Assembly: GCA_043228905.1 (NCBI GenBank)
Contig: JBHGNT010000003.1
Coordinates: forward strand, 20,894,001 to 20,958,000
DNA: 64,000 nt
Direction of reading: 5' to 3'
Source of the DNA: Azolla caroliniana
Lineage: Eukaryota > Plantae > Polypodiophyta
Below, piece by piece: positions 1 to 13,697 of the stretch (the stretch's first letter is position 1; each line of letters begins with the position of its first letter). A program made the translations under genes and the position numbers. Under the pieces are notes generated by a model. The model was not told where the DNA came from, ran no database searches, and saw only the letters and a program-made list of their open reading frames with translations.

Positions 1-1164
1 TCTCCGGAATCGGTTCCGTGGGCTTTCGTCCGCTCCTTCCCCGTATCGTCTCGCCGGTGATTCTTGGCCTTTCGCCGCCGCCTTCCTCCGCTTGGGACTC
101 ACGTGGGCACTCGGGCCCGACTGTCATCGTCTCAGAAGCAAGTGTGGGAAGACACAAAGAATCACTCGTCCGTTTTTCGCCCTTGTCCATAGCCACCGAC
201 TCTTCGTGGTCGGCGGTCGTCTTCTTAGCGATCTCGCAAAGCCCGTCTTGGCTCGCTTCTCCAATGACCGGGGTTTCGGACTGACACGCCCGAAACCGTT
301 GGTCCCAACTATCCGGTTCCGCGATCTGTATCTCGGCCTCGTCCTTGGCCGTTCTATCTCCACAAGTCGAGAGGGCGTTTCATTCCACACCCTCTCCCAT
401 CGTACCGTCGTACCGATCTTCCGCCGCTGCATGGGGCAGGTCCGTCTCCTCAGTCTCGGCTTGCGGCCTCCGTCTTTCCTCTTCCTCGAGCATCGCCTCG
501 AGAGCTGCGTACGCCTCCGCTATCCTGGCCCCAACGCCGACCCTTGCCGACTCTCTTTGCCGTTCGGCCTCTTCCCGCTGTGATGGCACGCCGTCGCGTA
601 CCTTCCTCTTAGCCTTCTCGGCTCGCTCGTTGTCTAGCCGTTGGCACACCCTTCCGACCTTCGACCAGTCCTCCGTAAGCCTTCGGGAGCGCCTCTTTGA
701 AGGCCTCCCACGAACTATGAGCCTCACAGAGCTCCTTTATTTCCGCATGCATCCGGACAGCCACAACCCGACAGAAGAACTCCAGCCACAACGCCTCGTC
801 TACGCCACGCTCCTCCGTTTCCGCGTTGTAGGCTTCCAAGTAAGATGGGACTTTGTCCCCGTTGAAACGACCGACTCTTTTGACCACTCGCTCAACCGCT
901 TGTTGCGCTGCTTCTCGCCTCATCACCACTCGTGCCGACTCCAACACCACTTCGGCCACCATCTCCACAAGGTCGTCGTCTTCCGACTCCATCCTCCCTT
1001 GCCGCCTTTCACGTCGGGTTCACCAAAGATGTCGCGTTGTTACGCGCGTGCGTGGAGAAAGGCAGGACCACGGGGGTCTTGGACCAGGGAGTGACGGAGC
1101 GTAGGAAGTCGTGCTTCACTGTTTCTGGGGCATCTCAGAAGCACACCGGAAGCAACCGAAGGGG

Positions 1165-1196
<32 letters not shown>

Positions 1197-1784
1197 TTAA
1201 CACCGACTCACGCACACACACGCACACACCCTTATGTACAGGAAAGGCAGGAAAGGGGAAGCACCCGACGCCAATCGAAGACGCGAATATACACAGACAG
1301 ACGCAAACGTATATATATATATATATAAAGAAGAATACATTCCCGGCTTCAAGCCGGGCTGAGGTAGGTTACAGTAGTCGTCTGCTGCCAAGCCGCCGTC
1401 GGCGAGCTCTCGGCTCGTCGCGCCGAGCGGGGCCTTGCACAGGAGGCCGCCAAAGCAAACCCTAAGCAAGACACGAAGGGGGAGAAGAAGAAGAAGAAGA
1501 AGAAACTAACTCTAAACCTAACGGTATACCCTCTAATGCAAAATGGGCAACCCTTACACAAAGGGTGTTCCCTTCCTTTTATAGAACAAGGAAAGGGATG
1601 CGTTATAATGTGGGACAAATCCCGACTTACATGGGATCGTCTGTCCCGACTTGACTACTCTTCGGCACCATAAAGGCGCCCTCGATATTCACACTAAATG
1701 TACACGGGTGTGTACACACGCCGCACCCCGCCGATGTAGCCAATGTTTCCCGGTTTCCGCCTCTGGCCAAAATTCTTCACGACA
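1..1784 (-). mobile_element. 5' part of a degenerate LTR retrotransposon, probably Ty3/gypsy: 5' LTR 1030-1784, tRNA-Trp PBS, gag remnant; runs off the left edge
   Basis: The LTR has inverted termini on the + strand (TGTCGCG at 1030, CACGACA at 1784) and is followed by ACGT. Minus-strand gag-like ORF 992-609 (RFNGDKVPSYLEAY...SSWEAFKEAL) is frameshifted downstream. Confidence 0.8.
1008..1025 (-). promoter_or_regulatory. Primer binding site complementary to the 3' end of plant tRNA-Trp
   Basis: The + strand reads TTCACGTCGGGTTCACCA, matching the 3' end of cytosolic tRNA-Trp including CCA. It lies 4 nt from the LTR boundary. Confidence 0.85.
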
Positions 1785-1898
1785 ACGTTGTCTCTCTCTC
1801 TCTCTCTCCCTCTGTGTCTATCTTGCTCGTGCATACATAGGATCTTCTTCATCACGAATGTTGCTTGCACTTCCGCATTGACGGCCTTGTCCCCAACA

Positions 1899-2776
1899 CG
1901 AGGAACTAGTAGGATGACCGATTATCCTTCCTGGTCACAAACAAAGTCAATAGAGCTAAATTCATTGTGGACCATACTTGTAAGTCTAACAACATGGCAG
2001 ATATGGAAGCACCGTGGCCGCAGGATCTTCCAAGGGAAGCCCATCCTGCCGGCAGAGGTAATCATGGAACTTTGAGATCATTGCCTTCTTTGTGGGCCAT
2101 ATGAAGATATTCAAGGCAAAACGCGTCACGAGCAACTTTCATTTTGAAATGGAGTGGAATGTTGATGTTGCGATTGCAACGCGTCAATATACAATAGTGC
2201 TATCTCCCTACAAAATGGCTCTTCCCACCGAGGACTCTGATTGAACCAGCCATCAGATGCGGAACAATCTCAACACTCTTCTAATGGAAGATCTTCAAAG
2301 GTTGTACAAGGAAACAAATTGATAACAATAGGCAATAGAAACATGAAACAAAGTCAAGAATGGAACAAAGGAAGAGTGACAATAGAGTAGGCACAAGCAC
2401 GAGGGAATTTGTATTATCCTCTCCTAAAGTTACAATGGCACAATATACAAAATGAACAACCTTAACACTAGGTTACAAAAGTCAGTTTAAATACTAACTT
2501 ATGGCAACTGCCCTTTTCACTATTTATAGAAATAGCCTAAACCTAGTGTATCCAATGGGACAATGTGAATACGTCCATTATACACCCGTATTCGATAGAC
2601 TCCCCCCTATGCGACATCCCCCCATTGTCCCTAGAGTATAGAAGGATCACTCTAGGCTTCACATTTTTACAGTTAATCGAAGCCATGGTGCTCTATGTGA
2701 GGCTTGGCCCTTGTACATATGATACCTCTTGTATTTCTTCCTAACTAATGGGTAGCATTTTTTTGGAAAAAAAAAC
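1899..2776 (+). mobile_element. 3' fragment of an L1-like LINE, interrupted by a solo LTR
   Basis: Translation LWTILVSLTTWQIWKHRGRRIFQGK...KWLFPP is typical of the L1 ORF2 C-terminus. An A-run near 2767-2775 fits a poly(A) tail. Confidence 0.6.
2238..2597 (-). mobile_element. Solo LTR (360 bp) with 5-bp TSD GACTC; same family as the LTR starting at 63853
   Basis: GACTC at 2233-2237 and 2598-2602. The reverse complement of its right end (TATCGAATACGGGTGTATAATGGACGTATTCACA) matches 63853 onward (TGTCGAATACATGTGTATAATGGACGTATTCACA). Confidence 0.75.
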
Positions 2777-3351
2777 ACTCTTGTATGAGCCTTTATAACT
2801 TAGTGGTAGAGTGTAAATCTTGTAATAAAGGTCTTGCCTTCAATCCACAAAGGGGGTGAATATCAACGACGATATGCATAGGAACGTTTGTGGTTTTTTA
2901 CAATTCAAATGTTCAATACTAAATAGGGGGGAATATCGATTGAGGTACTTGTACGAGCATGCGGAGTTGTCCTACCATTGAAAAGTCTCGAGTTCACCAT
3001 TATTGTAAACTGAGGTAGAGCATCAATCTTGTAAACTGATGGTCTTCAGTCCAGTCCTTAATGGGGGTAAAGTAAATGAAGATATTCTTGTCATAATTAA
3101 GAAACCCATGCCTTTATAGCTCAATGGTAAAGCATTAATCTTATAAAGTGAAGGTCTTGAGTTCAATCCTCAATGGGGACAAATATCAATAAAGTTAGGT
3201 GTACCAGCTTCTAGACTTCTTTACGAATGTAAGCTAAAGAAAATTTGGAGGTCCTTGTTGTATTGAAGAGACACATTTTTATAGCTCAATGTAGAGCTTC
3301 AATCTAGTCCTTAATAGGGGTAAAGAAAATTAAGACGTCCTTGTTATAATT

Positions 3352-3644
3352 ATGGTAACGCGTAGGGCCAAACAACTTGATTGGAGTGGCGGCAAAACCG
3401 TACCACATGGTTCCAGAAACTACGAAGGCGGCGAAAAAGACTACAACGATACTACTAGATATTACAGTTTTGATATTTCCCATACAAAGAGCTTTATACA
3501 ATCATTGTGGGGGGGGCAACACTAAGGTGAAATAGACCGGCTAATATACCTAGGACTCCCACAGTTATGTGGTGCGAAGCTATTCCTCCTGAAACGAATG
3601 GGTTAAAACCTTTAGCTCCCCAAGCCGGATCTACGAGATTTTAC
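3352..3644 (-). pseudogene. psbB: Nuclear plastid DNA (NUPT): internal fragment of psbB (CP47)
   Basis: Minus-strand translation [21 protein letters not shown]...[11 protein letters not shown]...[49 protein letters not shown] matches CP47. It is truncated at both ends and carries substitutions. Confidence 0.93.
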
Positions 3645-3649
3645 AATAA

Positions 3650-3952
<303 letters not shown>

Positions 3953-4634
3953 TAGCTGAGAAATAATTAGAAATAATTAGAAAGACTACCTTTATAGCTG
4001 AGTGGTAGAGCGGGGGTAGAGCATCAGTCTTGCAAACTGAAGGTCTTGAGTTCAATCCTCAATGGGGATTAACAATATCATCTTCTGGAGTTCTTTACGA
4101 ATGTAAACAAAAGAAAATTTGGAGGTCATTGTTGTATTGAAGAGACCCATATTATTTGATGGTTTTTGGTATAGTTCTTAATGGGGATAAAGGAAATTAA
4201 CATGTTCTTGTTATTGTCAAGAAACCCATGCCTTTATAACTCAGTGGTAGAGCATTAGTCTTGTAAACTGATGGTCTTGAGTATAGGGGCAAATATCAAT
4301 GAAGTTAGGCGTACCAACTTCTAGAGTTCTCTGCTAAAGTAAATTTCCAGGTCCTTGTTATATTGAACAGACCCATGTTTTTATCGCTCAGTGGTAGAGC
4401 GTCAATCTTGTAAACCGATGGTCTTCGGTCCAATCCTTAATGTGGGTAAAGTTCTAGTTATAGTTAAGAATCCCATGTCAGCTCAGTGGTAGAGTATCAG
4501 TCTTGTAAATTGAACGTCTTAAGTTCAATCCTCAATGGGGGCAAATATCAATAAAGTTACATGTACCAGCTTTTGAACTTCTCTACGAATCTAAACTAGA
4601 GTAAATTTGGAGGTACTTGCTATATTGAAGAGAC

Positions 4635-5580
4635 CATAGATTGACATATTCGCATTCGTGAGGGTTTCCATACGAATTCATACGAATACGCAAAAGAATG
4701 GATGAAAACATATTCGTTTAAAAAACAAAAAAAAAAAAAGAGTTCATACTTTTTAGTTTCTAATATATATATCATATAACAAAAAGACTTTCACATTAAA
4801 TAGGGGATATTTAACTTCACATTAAAAAGGAGACTTAAACTAAATAATATTTTTATATAATAGATAGAAAACTTAAAATTTAAAAGCATTTTTTTATTAT
4901 TAATAAATATAAAATAATAATAAATAATACATAATAAATAAAAGGTTCATTAATTCCATACTTTTTACTCTCCCACAAAATTTGATATTTTTATCTATCA
5001 TTAAAAGGCACCTCATACTAATAATATTTTTATAATATATATAAAACTTAAATATATTTGTTTTATTTTTTAATGAAATAATAAACAAACGGTTCCCATA
5101 AATTTCCTATTTTTATCTCATATTAAAAATGGGAACTCGCACTAATAATATTTTTATAATATATATAAAACTTAAATGGAAATATTTTATTTTTTAATAA
5201 AACAATAAATAAATAAAATATATGTAAAATAAATAGAATATGTAAAGAAAAGGTTCTCATAAAATTTTATATTATTATCTCACATTAAAAAGGGGACCTC
5301 TCACTAATAATACTCTTATAATAGATGAAAAACTTAAAAGTATTTGTTTTATTTTTAATAAATAAATAAATAATAAGTTAATTAATTCCCCACTTTTTAC
5401 TATCTTGACATTTAAAAGGGACCTTAGACTAGTAATATTTATATATATAATATGTAAAAAAAAAAAATTAATAATAAATAAATAAACGAATGGTTCTATA
5501 ATATTCTTGGGGTCATTCTCGAATTTTACGAATTTTATGGATGTCGAATACTACGAATTTCACGCATGGATCAATCTATG
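4635..5580. mobile_element. Non-autonomous hAT-type element / MITE (946 bp, AT-rich)
   Basis: 10-bp TIR CATAGATTGA...TCAATCTATG. Perfect 8-bp TSD GAAGAGAC at 4627-4634 and 5581-5588. Subterminal TACGAAT motifs and internal ~150-bp AT-rich repeats. Confidence 0.88.
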
Positions 5581-5948
5581 GAAGAGACCCATGTTTTTAT
5601 AATTAGTGGTAAAGCATCAATCTTGAAAAATGATGGTCTTCGGTCTAGTCCTTAATGGTGATCAAATAAAATAAGATTCTAGTTATAGTTAAGAAACCCA
5701 TGCCTTTATAACTAAGTGGTGGAGCACCAGTCTTGTAAACTGAAGGTCTTGAGTTCAATCCTCAATGGTGGCAAATATCAATAAATTTTAGTCTACCCAC
5801 TTTCTGAGTTCTCTACGAATGTAAACAAAACAAAATTTGGAGGTCCTTCTTGCATTGAAGAGACCAATGTTTTCTAATGGTTTTCGGTCTACTCGTTAAT
5901 GGGGGTTATAGTAAATTAAAATAATCTTGTTATGGTTTAAAAACCCAT

Positions 5949-6020
5949 GCCTTTATAGCTCAGTGGTAGAGCATCAGTCTTGTAAACTGAAGGTCTTGAG
6001 TTCAATCCTCAATGAGGGCA
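5949..6020 (+). tRNA. tRNA-Thr(UGU), one of the best-preserved array copies
   Basis: Complete cloverleaf. Acceptor GCCTTTA/TGAGGGC has two G:U pairs. A box TAGCTCAGTGG and B box GTTCAATCC are intact. Confidence 0.75.
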
Positions 6021-6338
6021 AATATTAATAATGTTAAGCGTACCAACTTTTGGAGTTCTCTACGAATGTAAACTAAAGAACATGTGGAGGTCCTTGTTGT
6101 ATTGAAGAGACCGATGCTTTTTGGAACCCATACGTTTATAGCTAAGTGGTAGAGTATCAGTCTTGTAAATTGATAGTCTTGACATCAAACCTCATTGGGG
6201 GAAAATATTAATAAAGTTAGGCATACCAACTTCTGTCGTTCTCGTATTGAAAACACCCATGTTTTCTATGGTCTTCTATCTAGTCCTTACTGGGGGTATA
6301 CTAAAGTAAGATATTCTTGTTATAGTTAAGAAACCCAT

Positions 6339-6410
6339 GTCTTTATAGCTCAGTGGTAGAGCGTCAGTCTTGTAAATTGAAGGTCTTGAGTTCAATCCTC
6401 AATGGGGGCA
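6339..6410 (+). tRNA. tRNA-Thr(UGU)-like copy, probably a pseudogene
   Basis: Full length, but extra C>T changes give additional G:U pairs in the acceptor and anticodon stems. Confidence 0.55.
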
Positions 6411-7698
6411 AATATCAATAACGTTAGGCATATCAACTTCTGGAGGTCTCTACTAAAGTAAATTTGGAGTTCCTTGTTGTACTGAAGAGACCCATGTTTT
6501 TATCGCTCAGTGGTAGAACGTCAATCTTGTAATCGGATGGTCTTCGGTCCAATCCTTAATGTGGGGAATGTTGTTATAGTTATGAAATCCATGTCTTTAT
6601 AGCTCAGTGGTAGCGTATCAATCTTGTAAACTGAAGGTCTTTAGTTCAATCCTCAATGGGGGCAAATATCAATAAAGTTACGCATACCAGATTCTGGAGT
6701 TCTCTACGAATATGAACTAAAGTAAATTTGGGGATACTTATTGTATTGAAGAGACCCATAGGTTTTTTGAAACCCATGCCTTTATAGCTCAGTAGTAAAG
6801 CATCAGTTTTGTAAATTGAAGGTCTTGAGATCAATCCTCAATGGGGTCAAACTTCTGCAGTTCTCTATGAATGTAAACTAAAGAAAATTTGAAGATACTT
6901 ATTGTATTGAAGAGACCCATTTTTTTGCAACCCGTGCCTTTATAGCTTAGTGGTAGAGCATCAGCCTTCTAAATTGAAGGTCTCGAGATCCATCCTCAAT
7001 GGGGGCAACTATTAACAAAGTTAGGTGTACAAGCTTCTCGAGTTCTCTACGAATGTTAACTAGAGGAAATTTCGAGGTCCTTGTTGTATTGAGGAGACCC
7101 ATGTTTTCTGATGGTCTTCGGTCTAGTCCTTATTGGGGGTAAAGGAAATAAAGATGTTATTGGTATAGTCAAGAAACCCCTACCTTTATAGCTTAGTGGT
7201 AGACCATCAGTCTTGTAAACATAAGCTCTGCACTTCAATACGACATGCGGGCGAATATCAATAAAGTTAGGCATACCAGTTTTTGGAGTTCTCTATGAAT
7301 GTAAACTAGAGTAAATTTTGAGGTACTCATTGTATTGAAGAGACCCATGTTTTTATAGCTAAGTGGTAGAGTGTCAATCTTGTGAACTGGTGGTCTTCAG
7401 TGTAGTCCTTAATGGGTCATAGTAAATTACGATGTCCTTGTTATAGTTAAGAAATCCATGGCTTTATAGCTCAGTGGTAGAGCATTAGTCTTGTAAACTG
7501 AAGGTCTTGAGTTCAATCCTCACTGGCGGCAAATGTCAATAAATTTGGATGTACGAGCTTTTAGAGTTCTCTACGAAAGTAAACGAAAGAAATTTGGGAG
7601 GTCTATCTTGTATTGAAGAGATCCTTTCTGATGGTTTTCAGTGTACTCATTAGGGCTAAAGTAAATTAAGATATTCTTGTCCTAGCTAAGGAACCCAT

Positions 7699-7770
7699 GC
7701 CTTTATAGCTTAGTGGTAGAGCATCAGTCTTGTAAACTGAAGGTCTTGAGTTCAATCCTCAATGGGGGCA
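7699..7770 (+). tRNA. tRNA-Thr(UGU), near-consensus array copy
   Basis: Complete 72-nt cloverleaf with TGT anticodon and intact A and B boxes. Confidence 0.7.
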
Positions 7771-9460
7771 AATATCAATAAAGTTAAGCGTAGGCAAATA
7801 TCAATGAAGTTAAGCGTACCAGCTTCTAGAGTTCTCTACGAATGTAAACCAAAGAAAATTTGGAGATCCTTATTGTATTGAAGAGACCCATGCTTTTTGA
7901 AACCCATGCCTTTATAGCTAAGTGGTAGAGCATTAGTCTTGTAAATTGAAAGTCGTAAAATCAATCCTCAATGGGGGAATATAAAATATTAATAAAGTTA
8001 GGTGTACTAGCTTATGGAGTTCTCTACAAATGTAAACTAAAGAAAATTTGAAGATACTTATTGTATTGAAGAGACCCATGTTTTCTATGGTTTTTGGTCT
8101 AGTCTTTACGAGGGTATAGTAAATCATGATATTCTTGTTATAGTTAAGCAACCCATGCCTTTATAGCTCAATGGTAGAGTGTTAGTCTTGTAAATGGGGC
8201 AAATAGGGGTAAAGTTAGGCGTACTAGCTTTTGGAGTTCTTTGGTCCGGTCCTTAATGGAGTTCTTCAGTCAGGTAAAGTTCTTGTTATAGTTATGAAAC
8301 CCTTGCCTTTATAGCTCAATGGTAGAGCATCAGTCTTGTAAATTGAAGGCCTTGAGTTCAATCCTCAATGGGGCCAAATATCAATAAAGTTAGACGTACC
8401 AGCTTCTGAACTTCTCTACGAATGTAAACTAGAGTAAATTTGGAGGTACTCTCTATATTGAAGAGACCCATGTTTTTATAACTTAGTGGTAAAGCATCAA
8501 TTTTCAAACTTCTCTACGAATGTAAACTAGAGTAAATTTGGAGGTACTTTCTATATTGAAGAGACCCATGCTTTTATAAATTTGGAGGTACTCTCTATAT
8601 TGAAGAGACCCATGTTTTTATAACTTAGTAGTAAATCATCAATTTTCAAACTTCTCTACGAATGTAAACTAGAGTAAATTTGGAGGTACTTGCTATATTG
8701 AAGTGACCCATGCTTTTATAACTTAGTGAAGCATCAATCTTGAAAAATGATGGTGTTTGGTCTAGTCCTTAATGGTGATAAAATAAAATAAGATATTCTA
8801 GTTATAATTAAAAAACCCATGCCTTTATAACTCAGTGGTAGAGCACCAGTCTTGTAAACTGACGGTCTTGAGTTCAATCCTTAATGGGGGCAACTATCAA
8901 TAAAGTTAGGTGTACCAGCTTCTAGAGTTCTCTAAGAATGCATCAGTCTTGAGATCAATCCTCAATGGCAGCAAATATTAATAAAATTAGGCATACCAGC
9001 TTCTGGAGTTCTCTACAAATGTAAACTAAAGAAAATTTTGAGGTCCTTGTATTGAAGAGACCCATGTTTTCTATGGTCTTCGGTCTAATCCTTACTGGGG
9101 GTATAGTAAATTAAGATATTCTTTGTGAACCCATGCCTTTGTAGCTCAATGGTAGAACATAAGTCTTGTAAACTGAAGGTCTTAAGTTCAATCCTCAATG
9201 GGGGCAAATATCAATAAAGTTAGGCGTATAAACTTCTGGAGTTCTCTACTAAAGTAAATTTGGAGTTCCTTGTTGTATTGCAGAGACCCATGTTTTTATC
9301 GCTCAATGGTAGAGCGTCAATCTTGTAAACTGATGGTCTTCAGTCCAATCCTTAATGTGGGTAAAGTTCTTGTTATAGTTAAGAAACCCGTCTTTATAGC
9401 TCAATGGTAGAGTATCAGCCTTGTAAACTGAAGGTCTTGAGTTCAATCCTCAATGGGGGC

Positions 9461-12400
9461 TCTTGAGAGATCAAGCTCAATTTAGTTTAGTCAGTTGGTC
9501 AATCATGTAACTTCGTAGTTACCAGATAGAATCTAGTTAGAAGTGTTGACTATAACACCTTAAATAGGACCTTGTACTTAAGTGGGATATTCTAGATCCT
9601 CCACTCCTAAGTACATTTAATATAGGACTTACACTTTTCTACTTATATTATCCTCACACATATGCACCCTTGCACATGAGATCTATATATACCTCATTTT
9701 AGGTATTTTTGTATTTGATGATGATGATGCTAATTCAATATAGAGTTAATCATCCCCCATCTTATGTTCTTCATAAGTGTATCTTTCTCTCTCTCTTCCT
9801 CTCAGACAAATATCACATAATCTTTCGCACTTAACTTAATCACATAATTAGGTACTAATTAACCCATAGTTAATCACCTAATTCTTAACATGGTATCAGA
9901 GCGTGTGGTTTAGCACATCCACTAAGCCTAGCCGACTTCGCGATTGTGTGTTCGAGACGCCGACGACAAAAACCGGCTATTCGCTACTGTAGTGCCGCTA
10001 CGTCACACGAGTACGTGATCGGAGGAAGAAAAGAAAAATGGAAGACACTACAATGAACATGAACACAAAAATGGGTAGCTCGCTCCCTAGTGAAAAGCTA
10101 GACTAGAGCAATTATTCATCTTGGGAGTACAAGATGACCCAATACCTCGTCGGCCAAGGGTATTGGAGCTACGTCAACGACGCTCAAGAAAATGGGCCCT
10201 ACCCAAAGAATGCCGACTACTCAACATGGGAGCAAGCGGCGAGTCGAGTCATTTATTGCTTGGCAACATGTGTCCATGACCACATGGTAGCCATATTCAA
10301 AATGCCAAGACGCCCAAAGAGGCGTAGGAGAACTTAAAGAAAATGTTCGCCACCAACACAACTGCCCGAAGGCTTCAACTCTTACAAGAGTTCAACAACA
10401 TTCAGCAAAAAGACATGTCTGTGCCGGTCTACACCGCCAAGATCAAGAACATTTGCGACTCGCTTGGCTCCATCAACATAAACATCGACGAAGACGAGAT
10501 GGTTCAAGTATGCTTGGGCAGTCTCGATTCAACTCGTTGAGGACGACAATCTTGGTGAGGGAAAACCCTCCTTCATTCTTCGACCTCCAATCAATGTTAT
10601 TGGTCGAAGAGAACCACATCCGAACCAAGACGAAGACGTCGGAAGGACAAATGTTCTTCTCAAGTTCGGACAGTGGCCGAGGTTGAGGTCACGGCGGTAG
10701 AAGAGGCCAATGCAGCCCATCACATGAAGGGAACTCAAACCTTCACGTAACAATTAGCAACGGCTCAGTTTGAACCGAACCAAACCGTGAAACCGTGGCT
10801 TAACGGTTTCAAAAGTTCGGCTCGACTCGACTCGGTTCGGTTCGGTTCGGTTCAGGTTTAGGTTTTTTAAAACAGTTCGATTCGGTTTCGGTTCGGTTTT
10901 AACAGCCAAAAACCGCGGTTTAAACAGTTTAACAATTTTTTATTTTTTATTTTTTAAAAATTGTTTTTAAATCATCTTTTCATTTTTAGACCTTATTCTC
11001 ACATTTTAGGAACATCGTAAAAATTTTAAATAATGAAATATTATAAATTTAAAATAATTAAAATTTTGACCTTTGTTGAAAATCGAAACCGAACCACGAA
11101 ACCTCGGTTTTTACAGTTTAATGTTTTAATGATTTGAAAAAAAAGTAATGGTTCGGTTTAACAGTTCCGTGGTTCAATTTGGTTTGGTTCAGGTTTTGAA
11201 AATTCAAACGGTTCGATTCCAAATAGGTTCGGTTTGGACCCTCTCAAACCAAACCGAACCGTTGCCGATTGTTACCTTCACGAAAGCCTTTGAGGAACCT
11301 TCAGAAGAAGGGGGAGCTTCCATGCCGAACAAGGCTAGCAAACGTGGCCCGCAACTTGCAACTATTGCGGAAAAATCGGCCAGCGCAAGGAGAAGTGCCG
11401 AAAAACAAGAAGCAAGCCGTCTTCGAGAAGACGACAACACACGAATTACGCCACCAACTCCGAATACGACGACTGTAACGGACTATTCGTAATGAGGCAT
11501 AGAGCGAACTCTATGTCGGCCTCTGACTCCGCAAGCACCTCCAATTCGTAAGACGTGTGGTTCGTCGATTCTGGCGCCTCACATCACATGACATCCCACA
11601 AAGACTGGTTCAATGACTTGCGTACACCGGATCGATCCAGCTTCATAGAGACGAGAGACAACACTACACATCCCATTCGGCACATCGGCAATGTCCCATT
11701 CGAGAAAGAATGCGAACAAACTTGCATCAAGAATGTCTTGCACGTGCCCACAATAACGAAGAATTTGGTCTCGGTCGGCCAAAGCGTGGAGCAAGGCATG
11801 CAAGTCCGCTTCAACAACTTAGGTTGTTTCATCAAGAAAGATGGTCGTCTCATAGCCAAGGGACGGAGAGACGGTCAGATGTTCATCCTCAATTCGAATG
11901 AGGTGAAATTGTTCATGTATGCCAAAGGTTTAAAAATCGAGACAATCATCGAGTTGTGGCACAAGAGAATCGACCACATAAACCTCCAACGGCTACGAGC
12001 TATGCAAACAAAGGGAGTCGTCATCGGACTTCCGACCTTCGAGTCGAAACGAGTCAACTGAGTATACGAAGCGTGTCAACTCAACAAACAACATCGACTC
12101 CCATTTATGATGGAAAGCTCCGCAAGCAAAGGCCTCCTTGACATCATACACTCGGATGTATGGGGACCGGCTCAAACGCCGACGATCGGCGGATGCCGAT
12201 TCTATGTCACCATCATTGACGACTACTCGCACTACGCATGGATCTTCCCGATGAAGAAGAAAAGCGATGTGGTCTCCATCTTCCAAACACTCAAGGGCCA
12301 AGCCGAAAAAGAAACCAGTCGGCACATTCGATGCCTACGGTCGGACGGAGGAAAGGAGTACTTCTCTGATGAATTCACCTCCTACCTCCAAAGTGAAGGC

Positions 12401-13697
12401 ATTCAGAGAGAATTCTCCTATCGACACACACCCCAACAAAATGGAGTAGCCGAAAGGAAGAATCGGCAAATACTCGAGGTAGCACGCACCATGATGCACG
12501 AGAAGCACATGACAAACTTCTATTAGGCCGAAGCGGCATCCACGGCCGTCTATCTCATAAATCAATGCACCACTAATGGAGTGCATGAGCTAACTCCATA
12601 TGAGCTCCTTGTCGGAAGAAAGTTGATCCTGTCACACCTCAAGGTGTTCGGAAGCATGGCGAATGTACGCATCCCGAACAAACAATGACAGAAGCCCAAC
12701 GCGAAGTCGGAGGAATGTATCCTCATAGGATGCTCGTTTGAGAAAAAGGAATACAAGTGCTACAACCCTTCTACTCTAGCGGTTCGGGTAAGTCGAGACG
12801 TAGTCTTCGACGAGTCCGCATACTGGTACGCACCAAAGACAACTTCGACTCCGACTCTACTCGACCCGGAATCTGCCGAACAAGAGGTAGAAGATAGAGA
12901 TCGCTTAGAACACATGTTCGAAAAAAGTCTGATTACGACAACGTTTAGTGGGCCACAAGAGCCCCCACATGATCCAAGCACATCGCGGCCAAATCCGCAC
13001 TTGGACAAAGGCAAAGGTAAGATGCCTGAATATGAAGTCGACCACCCCAACAACAGTGATTCAGATGTGTCGGCTCACTCACTAGATAGTGACTTTGGTG
13101 TACCCATCATGCGAACACCCAAAGTAAAGAAGGCGCTCACATCGGCGAGTGAAAAACTTTGAGGCTCATCTAGAGCTAAGAACCTCGTCACTCGGCTCGG
13201 CTACAACGAGTACATGGCCCATCACTATGCCTCCACGATGAAGGTAGCGGTCGAACAAGAGCCCATGAGCTCGTCCGAATGCGGCTCATAACCCACGATA
13301 GGTGGAAGTAGTCGACCTTTGCCCACACACTACAAGCCATCGTCATCGGCTTGAGGAGGAGGAACCGAGATTGCCACGGCGAAGAAAGTTGAAGGTCGGA
13401 CGGAAGCACACGAAGTCAATGAAAGCCAAAGCGGATGTCGGACGCCTCACACTTGAGCTTGAGGGGGCATGTTGAGAGATCAAGCTCAACTTAGTTTAGT
13501 TAGTTAGTCAACCATATAACTTCGCAGTTACCTAGATGGAATCTAGTTAGAAGTGTTGACTATAACACCTTAAATAGGACCTTGTACTTAAGGGGGATAT
13601 TCTAGATCCTCCACTCCTAAGTACATTTAATATAGGACTTACACTTTTCTACCTATATTATCCTCACACATATGCACCCTTGCACATGAGATCTATA
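9461..13697 (+). mobile_element. Degenerate Ty1/copia element (family A): gag-PR-IN only, no RT/RNase H; 5' LTR 9461-9890, 3' LTR 13470-13697 (truncated)
   Basis: LTR pair; PBS TGGTATCAGAGC (tRNA-iMet) at 9891-9902; PPT GAGGGGGCA at 13461-13469. Motifs: gag NYSSWEYKMTQYLVGQGYW, zinc knuckle CNYCGK, protease WFVDSGASHHMT, integrase LRSDGGKEY and PQQNGVAERKNR. Many stops and frameshifts. Confidence 0.92.
10748..11274. mobile_element. hAT-type MITE nested in Copia gag
   Basis: Imperfect TIR TAACAATTAGCAACGG / CCGTTGCCGATTGTTA. Perfect 8-bp TSD CCTTCACG at 10740-10747 and 11275-11282. Dense subterminal AACCG/CGGTT motifs. Confidence 0.9.

Noticed and set aside
1785-1898. 3' end of a further LTR (ends ...CCCCAACA) into which the left element inserted
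   Set aside because: Plausible, but the other end is outside the window, so no TSD or partner LTR can be checked.
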